A stretch of 64,000 nt of DNA. Origin: a virus. The position numbers and the translations under genes were made by a program. Of the stretch, positions 7,299 through 17,439 are shown in pieces (position 1 is the stretch's first letter; each line of letters begins with the position of its first letter). The notes beneath the pieces are model-generated. The model saw only the letters and a list, made by a program, of their open reading frames with translations, was not told the origin of the DNA and did no database searches. The stretch lies in the IMG/VR virus record IMGVR_UViG_3300044724_004793, positions 1 to 64,000 of that record, one strand, 5' to 3'.

Positions 7299-9377
7299 TT
7301 GGCAGTCACAGTAGATATTCCAGGAGTTGGAACAGTTGTTGCAGATAATGCTGCTCAAGATAGCACTCTTAGCAGTATTTTAGCTGCCATTAAGTCACAA
7401 TCTGGTGATGGCGGCGCCGCTGATAGTCAGGGTGTGCAAGCACTTAACTCACGCTCACGACAAGCAGGAAGCAGTATAACCAAGCTATCAGGTAGTTTTG
7501 GTGGACTAAGTGAGACTGTGGCTGCTACCGCAAGCGGAATGTCCGCGGTTGGCCGTGGCATGTCCAGCCTAATGGACTCCATGACCCGGTCTGCTAGCAG
7601 ATTTGGCAGTATCACAGGCGAAAGTGTGTCACAAACCATGGGTGAAATTAACCGGGTAGCGGGATCAATGACCCGAGTTCTTCCAGGCATGCTTGGCAAA
7701 GTTGCCAATGGACTAACAGCTGGCGTAGGACTAATAAGTGGCGCAATGGCCAAGCAGGCTGATGCATATAATACTGCTGCTCAGAGCGGTTTTAATTTTG
7801 GTTACAGCATGGATAACATGCGAGATATTTCCAATGCTGCAGGACTTAGTATGACTCAGCTTACAAAAGTAATGCAACAAAGCGCAGATTCGATGTCACT
7901 TTTTGGAGGCGGCACAAATCAGGGCGCCAGGGAATTTGCAAGGCTTAATAAGATTGTGAGGGATCAGTCAGGTCCAGTTATGTTAAGAATGGGAATAGGT
8001 TTTGAAGAGCAGGGTGTGAGAACTGCAGAAACTATTGAGCGACTTATGTTGGCTGGTATGAGTTTTGACGAAGTTGCACGAAGCGGAGATTTAATTGCCA
8101 GAGAAACATTTAAAAGAGCACATGTAGAAGGCCAATTAGCTAAAATTAATGGAACCACACTACAGCAAGAACGAGAAAAAATGAAGGCAGCCCAAAAAGA
8201 TGTTACACTCCAAGCGACTTTGTTTGGAGCGAACGATAAAGTACGTACACAAATGACATCTTTATACAAGCAATTAGAAGGACAGTTTGGACCTGGTATG
8301 GCAAAACTTGCACTGGAAATATACAAAAGTGGAGGTGCAATGTCTGAAGCAGGAGCTTTATTGACAACGCAGATGCCGGGATTAACAAATGCTTTAAAGG
8401 ATCAAGTGGGTACAATTAAACAAACAGGGGGAGAAACGAATAGAACTTTTGCAGATATGCTTGCTGGTCTTGACCCAGAAGCTTTAAGACGAGAGCAGGG
8501 TGCGATGGCAGAGCTGCAATCCACTGCTTCACTAGCAGGTGTAAATATGGGAACCTTAAGCACTGTGCTAGAACAGTCATATTTAGGATTGCAAAAAGTA
8601 GCAACACAAGTAGAATCAGGCACAATTGACCGTATAATTGCTGATCAGGAAAAAATATTTGAGAAAGCTGGTAAAGTCACAACAGCTATGGTTAATCAGC
8701 AAACAATTATGCAACAAGCGGCACGAGAACTAAGCATGGCTATGACAGATGCTATCAGCGGTCCTATAGGCTCAGGAGTTATTAAAACTAATCAATTTAT
8801 AATGGGTATGATGACAAACGCGGCGAAAGGAACGGGGGCGTTAGTTGAAAAAGTTAATGAAGTAATTAATTATATAGATGGACAAGTAACAGGTACTAGT
8901 GCCACTCCTCAATCAAGTGGTGGTCGTGGTGATGGAACCGCACAATCAAGTAATCCTATTAATTCTGGTAGTTTGTATCGCGACATGATAGATGCCATCA
9001 ACCCTGTTAATACAGGAACACTAACACTGCCAACTAGTACTGGTACACATGCAATGAGTACTGCCGCACCTGCAGCCATAACAGAAAACCAAATGTCCAA
9101 CATGCTTGCCGCCCATGCCAATGCAATTAGAGATGGCACACTAGATGGACTTGCAGATCGAATGGCTAAATTTGGTGGTGCTGGACCAGAAGATGCGGCT
9201 ATGGAACAAATACAATCAGTGCCAGTTAGTTCGTCCAATGTTGTGAGTCTATCTAGTCAGGACAGAGAACTACTAAGCCAAATTGCTGCAGGCAATAGTA
9301 TGATTGATAGAAGTGTTAATAGTGTTGGTATGCGGCAACTAGAAGCCCTTGATGAAGTTAAAATGAACACAGGTTAA
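7299..9377 (+). CDS. Probable tail tape-measure/hub protein
   Basis: 692 aa, helical, Ala/Gly/Met/Gln-rich, no Cys or Trp; divergent from the gp26-like gene and upstream of the portal. Confidence 0.6.
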   Translation: MAVTVDIPGVGTVVADNAAQDSTLSSILAAIKSQSGDGGAADSQGVQALNSRSRQAGSSITKLSGSFGGLSETVAATASGMSAVGRGMSSLMDSMTRSASRFGSITGESVSQTMGEINRVAGSMTRVLPGMLGKVANGLTAGVGLISGAMAKQADAYNTAAQSGFNFGYSMDNMRDISNAAGLSMTQLTKVMQQSADSMSLFGGGTNQGAREFARLNKIVRDQSGPVMLRMGIGFEEQGVRTAETIERLMLAGMSFDEVARSGDLIARETFKRAHVEGQLAKINGTTLQQEREKMKAAQKDVTLQATLFGANDKVRTQMTSLYKQLEGQFGPGMAKLALEIYKSGGAMSEAGALLTTQMPGLTNALKDQVGTIKQTGGETNRTFADMLAGLDPEALRREQGAMAELQSTASLAGVNMGTLSTVLEQSYLGLQKVATQVESGTIDRIIADQEKIFEKAGKVTTAMVNQQTIMQQAARELSMAMTDAISGPIGSGVIKTNQFIMGMMTNAAKGTGALVEKVNEVINYIDGQVTGTSATPQSSGGRGDGTAQSSNPINSGSLYRDMIDAINPVNTGTLTLPTSTGTHAMSTAAPAAITENQMSNMLAAHANAIRDGTLDGLADRMAKFGGAGPEDAAMEQIQSVPVSSSNVVSLSSQDRELLSQIAAGNSMIDRSVNSVGMRQLEALDEVKMNTG

Positions 9378-9413
9378 ATTAGGGTAAATAGTAAGAAGGT
9401 GTTATAATAAGTT

Positions 9414-11153
9414 ATGAGTTGGAAAAAACATTTTAAAGTTGTTAATCAGAGTCCGCTATCAAATGCAGGACCTAGTAGCAGTAATAGTGACGTAAAGTTC
9501 GGAAACTATGCAAGTCAGTTGCCTGAAGTTTATGTTGGGCATCCAAACCGTATTGAGCGTTACAGCCAGTATGAGAACATGGATGTCGACAGTGAAATCA
9601 ACGCCGCACTGGACATTCTTGCTGAGTTTTGTACCCAGTCAAACGACGAGAATAACACTGGATGGGATATTCACTTTCATGAAGAGCCCAGTCAAAACGA
9701 AGTAGAAACAATAAGCAAGCAGTTGATTAACTGGAATAATCTTAACGACTTTAATCAAAGACTGTTTAAGATGTTCCGTAACACACTCAAGTATGGCGAT
9801 CAAGTGTTTATTAGAGATCCAGAAACATTTGAACTGTTCTGGGTAGACATGACCAAAGTTACAAAGATTATTGTAAACGAGAGCGAAGGCAAAGAGCCAG
9901 AGCAGTATGTTGTCAAAGACATCAATCCAAACTTCCAGAATTTAACTGCTACACAAGCCACACATGCTGATGATTATCATCGTCAGGGCGATCACAAACA
10001 GACTGGATATGTACAGCCCAGTAATGTGTACACCAGTGCTGGTTCTATGAGCGGCGGCAGATTTGATAATGCTATTAACGAAAAAGCTATTGGTTCAGAA
10101 CACGTTGTACATGCTAGTCTCACAGAAGGTTTAGACACAAACTGGCCCTTTGGTAACAGCATACTAGAAAACGTATTCAAAGTTTTCAAACAAAAAGAAT
10201 TACTAGAAGATGCGATTATTATCTATCGTATCCAACGTGCTCCAGAACGCCGTGTGTTCTATGTTGATGTTGGTGACATGCCAGCACATATGGCCATGGC
10301 TTTTGTTGAGCGTGTAAAAAATGAAATACATCAAAGACGAATTCCAAGCACAACAGGTGGTGGCACTAATATTATGGATACCACCTATAATCCACTATCA
10401 ACTAACGAAGATTACTTCTTCCCCCAAACATCAGAAGGGCGTGGTTCAAAAGTTGAAACACTACCAGGCGGCACTAATTTGGGTGAGATTGATGATCTCA
10501 AATACTTCACTAACAAACTATTCAGAGGATTGCGTATCCCAATCAGTTACTTGCCAACAGGACCAGACGAAGGCGCCACAGGATATAATGATGGTAGGGT
10601 AGGTACAGCTCTTATTCAAGAGTATAGATTTAATGAATACTGTAAAAGACTACAGCGTCTTGTCAGTAAGACATTTGACAGAGAGTTCAAAATGTTCTTG
10701 CGTTGGAGAGGTTTGGAATTAGACAATTCAAGTTTTGAATTACGCCTTAACCCTCCACAAAACTTTGCTAAGTTCAGAGAAACTGAAGTAGATAATGCTA
10801 AGATTAGCACATTTACAGCACTAGAAGCGTATCCATACTTTAGTAAACGTTTCCTATTAGAGAGATACCTAGGACTAACAGAAGAAGAACTTGCACAAAA
10901 CGCACGACAGTGGGCTGAAGAAAATGACGAACCAGAAACTGACACGCCAAACATGCGTAGTGTTGGTATTACACCAGGTGGTATCGAAAGTGATTTAGAT
11001 AACTTTGCTGTGCCTGATGTGCCAGAAGAGGGTGGTGGAGAAGAGGGCGTAGAAGCGCCAGAAGGAGAAGGGGCTAGCGCACCAGGAGGTCCAACCGGAT
11101 CAGCACAAAGCCCAATCCCAGGAACACCACCGCCAACTGAAGTTCCAGCATAA
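9414..11153 (+). CDS. gp20: Portal vertex protein (T4 gp20)
   Basis: LLEDAIIIYRIQRAPERRVFYVDVGDMP, EDYFFPQ.SEGRGSKVETLPGG.NLGEIDD, RGLRIP motifs. Confidence 0.96.
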   Translation: MSWKKHFKVVNQSPLSNAGPSSSNSDVKFGNYASQLPEVYVGHPNRIERYSQYENMDVDSEINAALDILAEFCTQSNDENNTGWDIHFHEEPSQNEVETISKQLINWNNLNDFNQRLFKMFRNTLKYGDQVFIRDPETFELFWVDMTKVTKIIVNESEGKEPEQYVVKDINPNFQNLTATQATHADDYHRQGDHKQTGYVQPSNVYTSAGSMSGGRFDNAINEKAIGSEHVVHASLTEGLDTNWPFGNSILENVFKVFKQKELLEDAIIIYRIQRAPERRVFYVDVGDMPAHMAMAFVERVKNEIHQRRIPSTTGGGTNIMDTTYNPLSTNEDYFFPQTSEGRGSKVETLPGGTNLGEIDDLKYFTNKLFRGLRIPISYLPTGPDEGATGYNDGRVGTALIQEYRFNEYCKRLQRLVSKTFDREFKMFLRWRGLELDNSSFELRLNPPQNFAKFRETEVDNAKISTFTALEAYPYFSKRFLLERYLGLTEEELAQNARQWAEENDEPETDTPNMRSVGITPGGIESDLDNFAVPDVPEEGGGEEGVEAPEGEGASAPGGPTGSAQSPIPGTPPPTEVPA

Positions 11154-11161
11154 ATAATACT

Positions 11162-11386
11162 ATGAAATTAAAAAGCCTAATAGAATCGGACAAAAAGCAG
11201 AATCCTTTGCAAGTACACCCAAAGGAAGATATGTCTGTTGCACAAAAAACCGATACTCGTAAGACCAGACTTACACTAGAGCAGATAAACCGATTGCGTA
11301 TGCTAAGTGATGTAAAAATTACTGAATATGCTAAAGAATTAACTAATATAAAAAAGCAATACTCAGTGCCTGTAGCAGCTGAATAG
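11162..11386 (+). CDS. Small head-module protein (74 aa)
   Basis: Between portal and core genes; late promoter TAAATA at 11151; RKTRLTLEQINRLR motif. Confidence 0.7.
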   Translation: MKLKSLIESDKKQNPLQVHPKEDMSVAQKTDTRKTRLTLEQINRLRMLSDVKITEYAKELTNIKKQYSVPVAAE

Positions 11387-11430
11387 ATAACTATAATAAT
11401 TCGCAAGTTGGGATTAAGGCGCCAACATGT

Positions 11431-11465
11431 TCGTCCACTTAGCAATAAGATGGGCGGTTTTTTTT
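11431..11465 (+). terminator. Intrinsic terminator candidate
   Basis: TCGTCCA-CTTA-GCAA-TAAG-A-TGGGCGG followed by T8. Confidence 0.6.
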
Positions 11466-11552
11466 GACTTTTAACAAAAATAGCAATTATTCTTTGTATA
11501 GTAAATTTTTTGAGCCCAAAACAGGGCATATTACCCTAAAATTTTTATAAAC

Positions 11553-11560
11553 TATAAATA
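11553..11560 (+). promoter_or_regulatory. T4-type late promoter TATAAATA (representative of a window-wide TAAATA family)
   Basis: Full TATAAATA at 11553, 17367 and 54408. TAAATA core upstream of genes at 7240, 9385, 11151, 15934, 22248, 22368, 29442, 37381, 39185, 42547, 43247, 45941, 48646, 52013 and 61363 (+), and at 7266, 34979, 39119 and 61390 (-). Confidence 0.8.
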
Positions 11561-11596
11561 AAATTATACATTTGCCTTAAACGAAGGAGTCGTAAA

Positions 11597-12292
11597 ATGT
11601 CAGATAAATTTAACCAGCTCATTGAGCTACTAATTGCAGAAGATACAGATAAAGCACAAGAGCTTTTCCACGAAATCGTAGTAGAGCGCAGCCGCGATAT
11701 TTACGAAAACCTTATTGACGATGAAATTGTTGATGAGCAAGAAGAAGTTGCTGAAGACGAAGCAGTTGAAGAGAGTGACTTTGATGAAGAATTAGGCGGA
11801 GATGCAGCAGACGATATGATCGACGACATCGAAGCTGATGAACAAGGCTTAGCCATTGAAGCAGCCCACGATGACGACGAAGAAATTGAAGATCGCGTTG
11901 TTGACCTCGAAGATGCACTTGACGAACTCAAAGCAGAATTTGAGAAGATCATGGGCGGAGACGAAGAAGAAATGGATATGGATATGGACATGGACGGCGA
12001 TGAAGAGCCAGAAATGGACGACGAAATGGACATGGATATGGAAGTTGACGCTGAAGAAGAAGAAGATGACATGGAAGAAACTTTTGTACGTGAGTACACT
12101 GAAAAAGTTGCTGCTCCGTCAACTTCTGAAGAAGGCGATGCAAGCTCAGGCCCAGTTGCTAAAAAGAATGACATGGGCGGCAAAGTAGCTAGCTCAAGTG
12201 GTTCAGCAGCAGAGTCAGGCGGAAGTGCACCTAAAGCAGCCGTACAAACAGACGCAGCCGACCCAAAAGGCGCAACGATGAGCAAAGCGTAA
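11597..12292 (+). CDS. Highly acidic prohead core/scaffold-like protein
   Basis: Very D/E-rich, coiled coil RVVDLEDALDELKAEFE, AGGAG SD, immediately before the prohead protease. Confidence 0.7.
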   Translation: MSDKFNQLIELLIAEDTDKAQELFHEIVVERSRDIYENLIDDEIVDEQEEVAEDEAVEESDFDEELGGDAADDMIDDIEADEQGLAIEAAHDDDEEIEDRVVDLEDALDELKAEFEKIMGGDEEEMDMDMDMDGDEEPEMDDEMDMDMEVDAEEEEDDMEETFVREYTEKVAAPSTSEEGDASSGPVAKKNDMGGKVASSSGSAAESGGSAPKAAVQTDAADPKGATMSKA

Positions 12293-12306
12293 GATAAGGC
12301 AATAAT

Positions 12307-12930
12307 ATGAACTATCTTAGAGAACACCTTACTTTCGATCAAGCTGGGATCGTAACTGAGACTGCCAATGAAGGCAAGGACCTCTATATGAAGGGCATTT
12401 GTATTCAGGGAGGGGTAAAGAACGCCAACCAGCGTGTTTACCCTGTTTCTGAGATTTCCAATGCCGTTACACAGCTCAATGATCAAATAAAAACAGGCAA
12501 TAGTGTGCTTGGTGAAGTTGATCATCCCGACGATCTTAAAATTAATTTAGATCGCGTCAGCCATATGATTACTGAAATGTGGATGGATGGCCCAAACGGC
12601 TTTGGAAAATTAAAAGTATTACCTACTCCAATGGGAACTTTAGTAAAGACCATGATGGAGAGTGGTGTTAAACTAGGCGTTAGCAGTAGAGGAAGTGGCG
12701 AAGTCAACGAATCTTCTGGTAACGTATCTGGTTTCGAAATTGTCACAGTAGATGTTGTGGCACAACCAAGTGCTCCGAATGCATATCCCAAAGCCATATA
12801 TGAAGGCTTATTGAATATGCGTAATGGGCACAATGCATTAGAAATTGCTCGCGAAGCAGGGAGCAACAACAAAGTGCAAAAATACTTGAAGGATGAGGTA
12901 ACTCGTCTTATCAGGGACTTAAAGATCTAG
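12307..12930 (+). CDS. gp21: Prohead core protease (T4 gp21)
   Basis: NANQRVYP, LGEVDHP, RVSH, LGVSSRGSG, DVVAQPSAPNA motifs. Confidence 0.95.
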   Translation: MNYLREHLTFDQAGIVTETANEGKDLYMKGICIQGGVKNANQRVYPVSEISNAVTQLNDQIKTGNSVLGEVDHPDDLKINLDRVSHMITEMWMDGPNGFGKLKVLPTPMGTLVKTMMESGVKLGVSSRGSGEVNESSGNVSGFEIVTVDVVAQPSAPNAYPKAIYEGLLNMRNGHNALEIAREAGSNNKVQKYLKDEVTRLIRDLKI

Positions 12931-12939
12931 GAGACTATA

Positions 12940-14040
12940 ATGCTAGATACTATCAAACCACTTTTAGATAGTGACCTAATTAATGAGGAAACTAAGTTAG
13001 AAATCCAGGAAGCCTGGAACTCCAAACTTACAGAAACTCGTGAACTGGTTAGGGCAGAACTCCGTGAGGAGTTTGCTCGTCGATATGCGCATGACAAATC
13101 CGTTATGGTTGAGGCCTTAGATCGTATGGTGACTGAAAATCTCACAAAAGAACTTGAAGAGTTTGCTTATGAAAAGAAAGCAATCCAAGAAGATCGTGCT
13201 AAGTTTGTTGCTAAGATGCAAGAAACATCAAGCACTTTTGACAAGTTCCTAGTAACCAAGCTAGCAGAAGAAATTAAAGAACTAACTCAAGACCGCAATG
13301 CACAGGCCGCATCTGTTGGAAACCTTGAAAAGTTCGTTATTGAAAGTCTAGCAAAAGAAATTGGAGACTTCCAGGAAGATCGTAACGATGTTGTAGAAAC
13401 AAAAGTACGTCTTGTTAAAGAAGCTCGTGAACAGTTTGCAACCCTCAAAGATAAGTTTATTGAGCGGTCAGCAAAAGTTGTTCAGGAGTCAGTTGCTAAC
13501 AATCTAAAAAAAGAACTATCTCAACTCAAAGAGGATATCGAAGCTGCCAAAGAAAATACCTTTGGACGCAAGATCTTCGAAGCATTTGCAAGTGAATTTA
13601 GCGGAAGCTATCTCAACGAAAACAAAGAAATTCGTGAACTAGAAGCTGCACTTAAAGAAAAAGATGCAGAGCTAGTTGAAAGTCAAGCAGCAAACGCAGA
13701 AAAGATGCAGATTATTGAGAGTAAAGAGCGTGAAGTAGAAGCCATTACAGAAAGCGTTACACGCAAAGAAACAATGGACAAACTTCTATACACGCTCAAT
13801 AAAGATAAGGGCGCAATTATGCGTGACCTTCTAGAAAGCGTACAAACAAGTAAGTTACAAGATGCTTTCGATCGTTATCTACCCGCAGTATTAGACGGTG
13901 CTGCACCAAAGGCTACCAAGGAAGTAATTTCTGAGAGCCGTGAGGTAACAGGGGATAAACAAACAAAAACACAACCGGCTGTAGAAAAAATGGATGATAG
14001 TAATATTGTTCAGCTACGCCAGTTGGCAGGCCTAAAGTAA
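12940..14040 (+). CDS. gp22: Prohead scaffolding protein (T4 gp22-like)
   Basis: Long E/K-rich coiled coil between protease and major capsid; FGRKIFEAF motif. Confidence 0.85.
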   Translation: MLDTIKPLLDSDLINEETKLEIQEAWNSKLTETRELVRAELREEFARRYAHDKSVMVEALDRMVTENLTKELEEFAYEKKAIQEDRAKFVAKMQETSSTFDKFLVTKLAEEIKELTQDRNAQAASVGNLEKFVIESLAKEIGDFQEDRNDVVETKVRLVKEAREQFATLKDKFIERSAKVVQESVANNLKKELSQLKEDIEAAKENTFGRKIFEAFASEFSGSYLNENKEIRELEAALKEKDAELVESQAANAEKMQIIESKEREVEAITESVTRKETMDKLLYTLNKDKGAIMRDLLESVQTSKLQDAFDRYLPAVLDGAAPKATKEVISESREVTGDKQTKTQPAVEKMDDSNIVQLRQLAGLK

Positions 14041-14060
14041 GGTACCAAAGGAGACATAAA

Positions 14061-15257
14061 ATGTCAGATGTACTATTAGAAAGCCGTTGGGATGAGACCA
14101 AAGACGCCCTACTTGAGGGCCTTGAAGGTTCACGTCGCAGCAGCATGTCAGTTGTCCTAGAGAATACTAAGAAGTATCTCGCAGAGGCAGCATCAACCGG
14201 CGCAACAGCAAGCGGAAACGTAGCAACACTTAACCGTGTTATCCTACCAGTTATCCGCCGTGTTATGCCAACAGTTATCGCCAACGAAATCGTTGGTGTT
14301 CAACCAATGCAGGGCCCAGTTGGCCAGATTCACACTCTACGTGTTCGTTATGCTGAGACTGTTACTTCAACAGCTAGCTCACCATTCGATACAGATACAG
14401 TAGCTGGTGATGAAGCACTAAGTCCATTCAAGATTGCAACAGCATATTCCGGCACAACCAGTGCAACAAGCACAACAGGTCGTGCAGGTGCTACTGCTAG
14501 TATGGAAGGTGACGGTGGTAACCAGATCTCAATCCAAATCTTGAAGCAACCAGTAGAAGCCAAGACACGTAAGTTGCAGGCTCGCTGGACATTTGAAGCC
14601 GCACAGGACGCACAGTCCATGCACGGTATCGATGTTGAGGCAGAAATTATGGCTGCCCTAGCACAAGAAATTACCGCTGAAATCGACCAAGAGGTTCTAG
14701 GTTCACTTCGCTCACTAGCAGCAACAGAAGAGACTTTTAACCAGGCCGCAGTTAGTGGTACAGCAACATATGTTGGTGACGAGCATGCAGCTCTTGCAGT
14801 TCTAGTCAACCGCGTTGCAAACAAAATTGCTCAGCGTACACGTCGTGGCGCAGGTAACTTTGCAGTCGTTAGCCCAGAAGCACTAACAGTTCTACAGAGT
14901 GCAAGCACAAGTGCTTTTGCTCGTACAACTGAAGGTACTTTTGAAGCACCAACAAACACCAAGTTCGTTGGTACACTTAACGGTGCAATGCGTATCTATG
15001 TAGATAGCTATGCAGCAGATTCAACTGCTGTTCTAGTTGGATACAAGGGTTCAAGTGAAACAGATGCCGCAGCATTCTATTGCCCATATGTTCCACTTAT
15101 GAGCTCAGGTACAGTACTTGATCCAAGTACATTTGAGCCAGTTGTTAGCTTTATGACTCGCTACGGCTACGTAGAGTTGAGTAACACTGCAAGTTCACTA
15201 GGTAATGCTGGTGACTACGTGGGCGAGATCGCCATGTCAAATATTAGCTTTGCATAA
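14061..15257 (+). CDS. gp23: Major capsid protein (T4 gp23)
   Basis: PVIRRVMP...VGVQPMQGPVGQI, AKTRKLQARWTFEAAQD, TRRGAGN, FYCPYVPL and TRYG motifs; probable gp21 cleavage after YLAE (residue 42). Confidence 0.97.
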   Translation: MSDVLLESRWDETKDALLEGLEGSRRSSMSVVLENTKKYLAEAASTGATASGNVATLNRVILPVIRRVMPTVIANEIVGVQPMQGPVGQIHTLRVRYAETVTSTASSPFDTDTVAGDEALSPFKIATAYSGTTSATSTTGRAGATASMEGDGGNQISIQILKQPVEAKTRKLQARWTFEAAQDAQSMHGIDVEAEIMAALAQEITAEIDQEVLGSLRSLAATEETFNQAAVSGTATYVGDEHAALAVLVNRVANKIAQRTRRGAGNFAVVSPEALTVLQSASTSAFARTTEGTFEAPTNTKFVGTLNGAMRIYVDSYAADSTAVLVGYKGSSETDAAAFYCPYVPLMSSGTVLDPSTFEPVVSFMTRYGYVELSNTASSLGNAGDYVGEIAMSNISFA

Positions 15258-15293
15258 GCTAATTTAACTCGAGCAGTTGCTCAAAAACAGATC

Positions 15294-15320
15294 GGGGAAG
15301 CAGAAATGCTTCCCCTTTTT
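15294..15320 (+). terminator. Intrinsic terminator after gp23
   Basis: GGGGAAGCA-GAAA-TGCTTCCCC-TTTTT. Confidence 0.9.
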
Positions 15321-15321
15321 G

Positions 15322-15350
15322 TTGACTGAAAAAAAGCGGAGTGTTATTAT
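15322..15350 (+). promoter_or_regulatory. Sigma70-type promoter, probably leaderless transcript
   Basis: TTGACT-N17-TATTAT with TGn extension; ATG lies 5 nt downstream. Confidence 0.65.
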
Positions 15351-15355
15351 AAACT

Positions 15356-15940
15356 ATGATTGAATTTGGGTTTGTATTGGGTAATGGCCGAACACGACTA
15401 CAAGTAAAAACTCAGGATTTACAGCCCCTGGGCACAGTGTATGCTTGTAATAGAATGTATACAGATCCACATGTGGATATTTTAGTTAGCGTTGATCAGG
15501 GCATGACAGCTGAAATACAACAGCATCGATCCAGCAGTGGTTATTCTGAGCATTATACTAGACCTCAGTATACAAATAATCTGAGTCTCCCACTGGATAA
15601 ACGCTGGCAAGGATATAGTAGTGGCCCAAACGCCGCCGCCGTGGCAGCAACACGAGGCCATGCTTACATCTTTCTTATCGGAATGGATCTTGAAACTGAT
15701 ACAGGGGTTATAAACAACATATATGCAGGCACAGAAAATTACAAAAAAGCCACAGATGCCCCTACCTTCTATGGAAACTGGGTAGATCAGATAGTGCATA
15801 TATCAGAAGTTTACACAAATATACGATTTATACATGTTAACCCGTTAAACGGATTTACTCCTGATAAGTGGAAAAAACTAACAAACTTTAGCATAATGTC
15901 AAAATCGGAGTTTGAGACATTTATATGTATTGATAAATAA
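15356..15940 (+). CDS. Maf/MptE-like (sialyltransferase-like Rossmann fold) protein
   Basis: FVLGNGRTR...YACNR...LVSVD...SSGPNA...IFLIGMD motif pattern. Confidence 0.6.
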   Translation: MIEFGFVLGNGRTRLQVKTQDLQPLGTVYACNRMYTDPHVDILVSVDQGMTAEIQQHRSSSGYSEHYTRPQYTNNLSLPLDKRWQGYSSGPNAAAVAATRGHAYIFLIGMDLETDTGVINNIYAGTENYKKATDAPTFYGNWVDQIVHISEVYTNIRFIHVNPLNGFTPDKWKKLTNFSIMSKSEFETFICIDK

Positions 15941-15967
15941 GTTATAAGTTAAAGATAGGATCTATTA

Positions 15968-16603
15968 ATGAGTCGTGTACATAGAGTTCAGGGTAATTTG
16001 AGCATTGCTCCAAGTGGCAGTCTTACCATTGCGTCAGATACAACAGTTGTTGGCAATCTAACTATCCAAGGTACGACTACGACAATTACTACTACAAACA
16101 CTGAAATTTCAGATAGAGTAATCAAACTTAACGATGGCGAATCTGGTTCAGGTGTTACTGGTAGATACGCTGGACTTGAATTCGATCGAGGATCTGCCGA
16201 CAACGCATTGCTTGTATTTGATGAGAATGACGATAAATTTAAAATTAGTACAGATGGCGGCGGTAGTTATCCTAATTTAATTGTTTCCAGTAGCACAGGG
16301 TTAACAGAAGTAGTAGACGATACTACACCACAACTTGGCGGCAACTTGGATACTAATGGACAAAGTATAGTCACAACGAGTAATGCTAATGTTATTATTG
16401 CTCCAAATGGATTAGGAACATTACAAATAGGTTCACCAATACAATTAACAGATCAGAGTGCCCCAAGCAGTGTATCCGGCGCCACATTAATATATGCTAA
16501 CACAGCCGCCGGCGGCGGAACTGGCATATTTTTTGTAGATGATACCACATCTGATGAACTGGTAAGCAAATCAAAAGCAATTGTTTACGGATTAATTTTT
16601 TAA
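15968..16603 (+). CDS. Virion structural/fibre protein
   Basis: T/S/G-rich; GNLTIQGTTTT, GLEFDRGS and DTTPQLGGNLD fibre motifs; late promoter. Confidence 0.7.
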   Translation: MSRVHRVQGNLSIAPSGSLTIASDTTVVGNLTIQGTTTTITTTNTEISDRVIKLNDGESGSGVTGRYAGLEFDRGSADNALLVFDENDDKFKISTDGGGSYPNLIVSSSTGLTEVVDDTTPQLGGNLDTNGQSIVTTSNANVIIAPNGLGTLQIGSPIQLTDQSAPSSVSGATLIYANTAAGGGTGIFFVDDTTSDELVSKSKAIVYGLIF

Positions 16604-16615
16604 AGGAACTGGAAT

Positions 16616-16927
16616 ATGGCAATAACACAAGCAGGCGCAATAGGCACTAGTGCAACAACGGTATATACAAGCTCAGGACAAACAGCTCTTACTTGTTTAT
16701 TTTTTATGAATGATAATGCCGCTTCAAGGACACTAGATGTTCATGTAGTACAGAGTGGCGGTAGTGCAAGCGCAACAAATAAAATAGTTAAACAAATCAG
16801 TATTGATGGTGGTGATACATATGTTATTAACTTGGAAAAAATTGTATTAGATAATGGTGACACTATCCAGTGCGTTGCTAGCAATGCATCAAGCGTATAT
16901 GGTACAGTTAGTTCGGTGACTATCTAA
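16616..16927 (+). CDS. Small beta-rich virion protein
   Basis: AAGGA SD; within the structural cluster; EKIVLDNGDTI motif. Confidence 0.65.
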   Translation: MAITQAGAIGTSATTVYTSSGQTALTCLFFMNDNAASRTLDVHVVQSGGSASATNKIVKQISIDGGDTYVINLEKIVLDNGDTIQCVASNASSVYGTVSSVTI

Positions 16928-17364
16928 TGGCTGGCTTTGTAAAGACAAAAGGCAGAAATGACGGCGGTGATACGATAAAAAGTTCGGATACTGCCGCCGT
17001 AGAAATACCAGCCGGCACTACTGCTTCTAGACCATCCGCAAGCAAGGCTGGAGATTTGCGTTTTAATACAGACACAAATAAGATGGAATATTTTGATGGT
17101 AGCGCCTTTACTCAGTTTAGTAAAGAAGGTAATATTGCTATTACACAGGATAGTTTTACTGGCGATGGCTCTACTACCGCATTTACAATGAGCACTAGTG
17201 TAGCAAGTGATCAGGAACAACGTGTAATTGTTGCAGTTGGTAATGTTTATCAGAATCCAGCAAGTGCATACACAGTTAGTGGCACAACTATTACATTTAC
17301 TAGTCCCCCCGCTGGCAGTGAAACTATAACTGTCATCCATGGGTTTGATAGCACCACACACTAA
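16927..17364 (+). CDS. Small virion structural protein
   Basis: PAGTTASRP, LRFNTD..KMEYFDGS and FTGDGSTTAFT...YTVSGTTITF modules shared with the large fibre genes. Confidence 0.7.
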   Translation: MAGFVKTKGRNDGGDTIKSSDTAAVEIPAGTTASRPSASKAGDLRFNTDTNKMEYFDGSAFTQFSKEGNIAITQDSFTGDGSTTAFTMSTSVASDQEQRVIVAVGNVYQNPASAYTVSGTTITFTSPPAGSETITVIHGFDSTTH

Positions 17365-17439
17365 AGTATAAATAATCATACAAACCCTGTCACCTTGGAC
17401 GTTAATAGGTGAGCGCAAGATAGCGGAGATAAACTGATT

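Noticed and set aside
11970-12045. ATGGA(T/C) hexamer repeats
   Set aside because: They simply encode Met-Asp low complexity in the acidic core protein.
11701-12525. Long antisense ORFs (also 22923..23636, 23766..24605, 14348..14824 and many others in the track)
   Set aside because: Shadows of biased codon usage in low-complexity sense genes; no SD, promoter or recognisable motifs.
16592-16618. Possible frameshift at ATT TTT TAA
   Set aside because: Not an X_XXY_YYZ heptamer, no downstream stem, and the next gene has its own SD and ATG.
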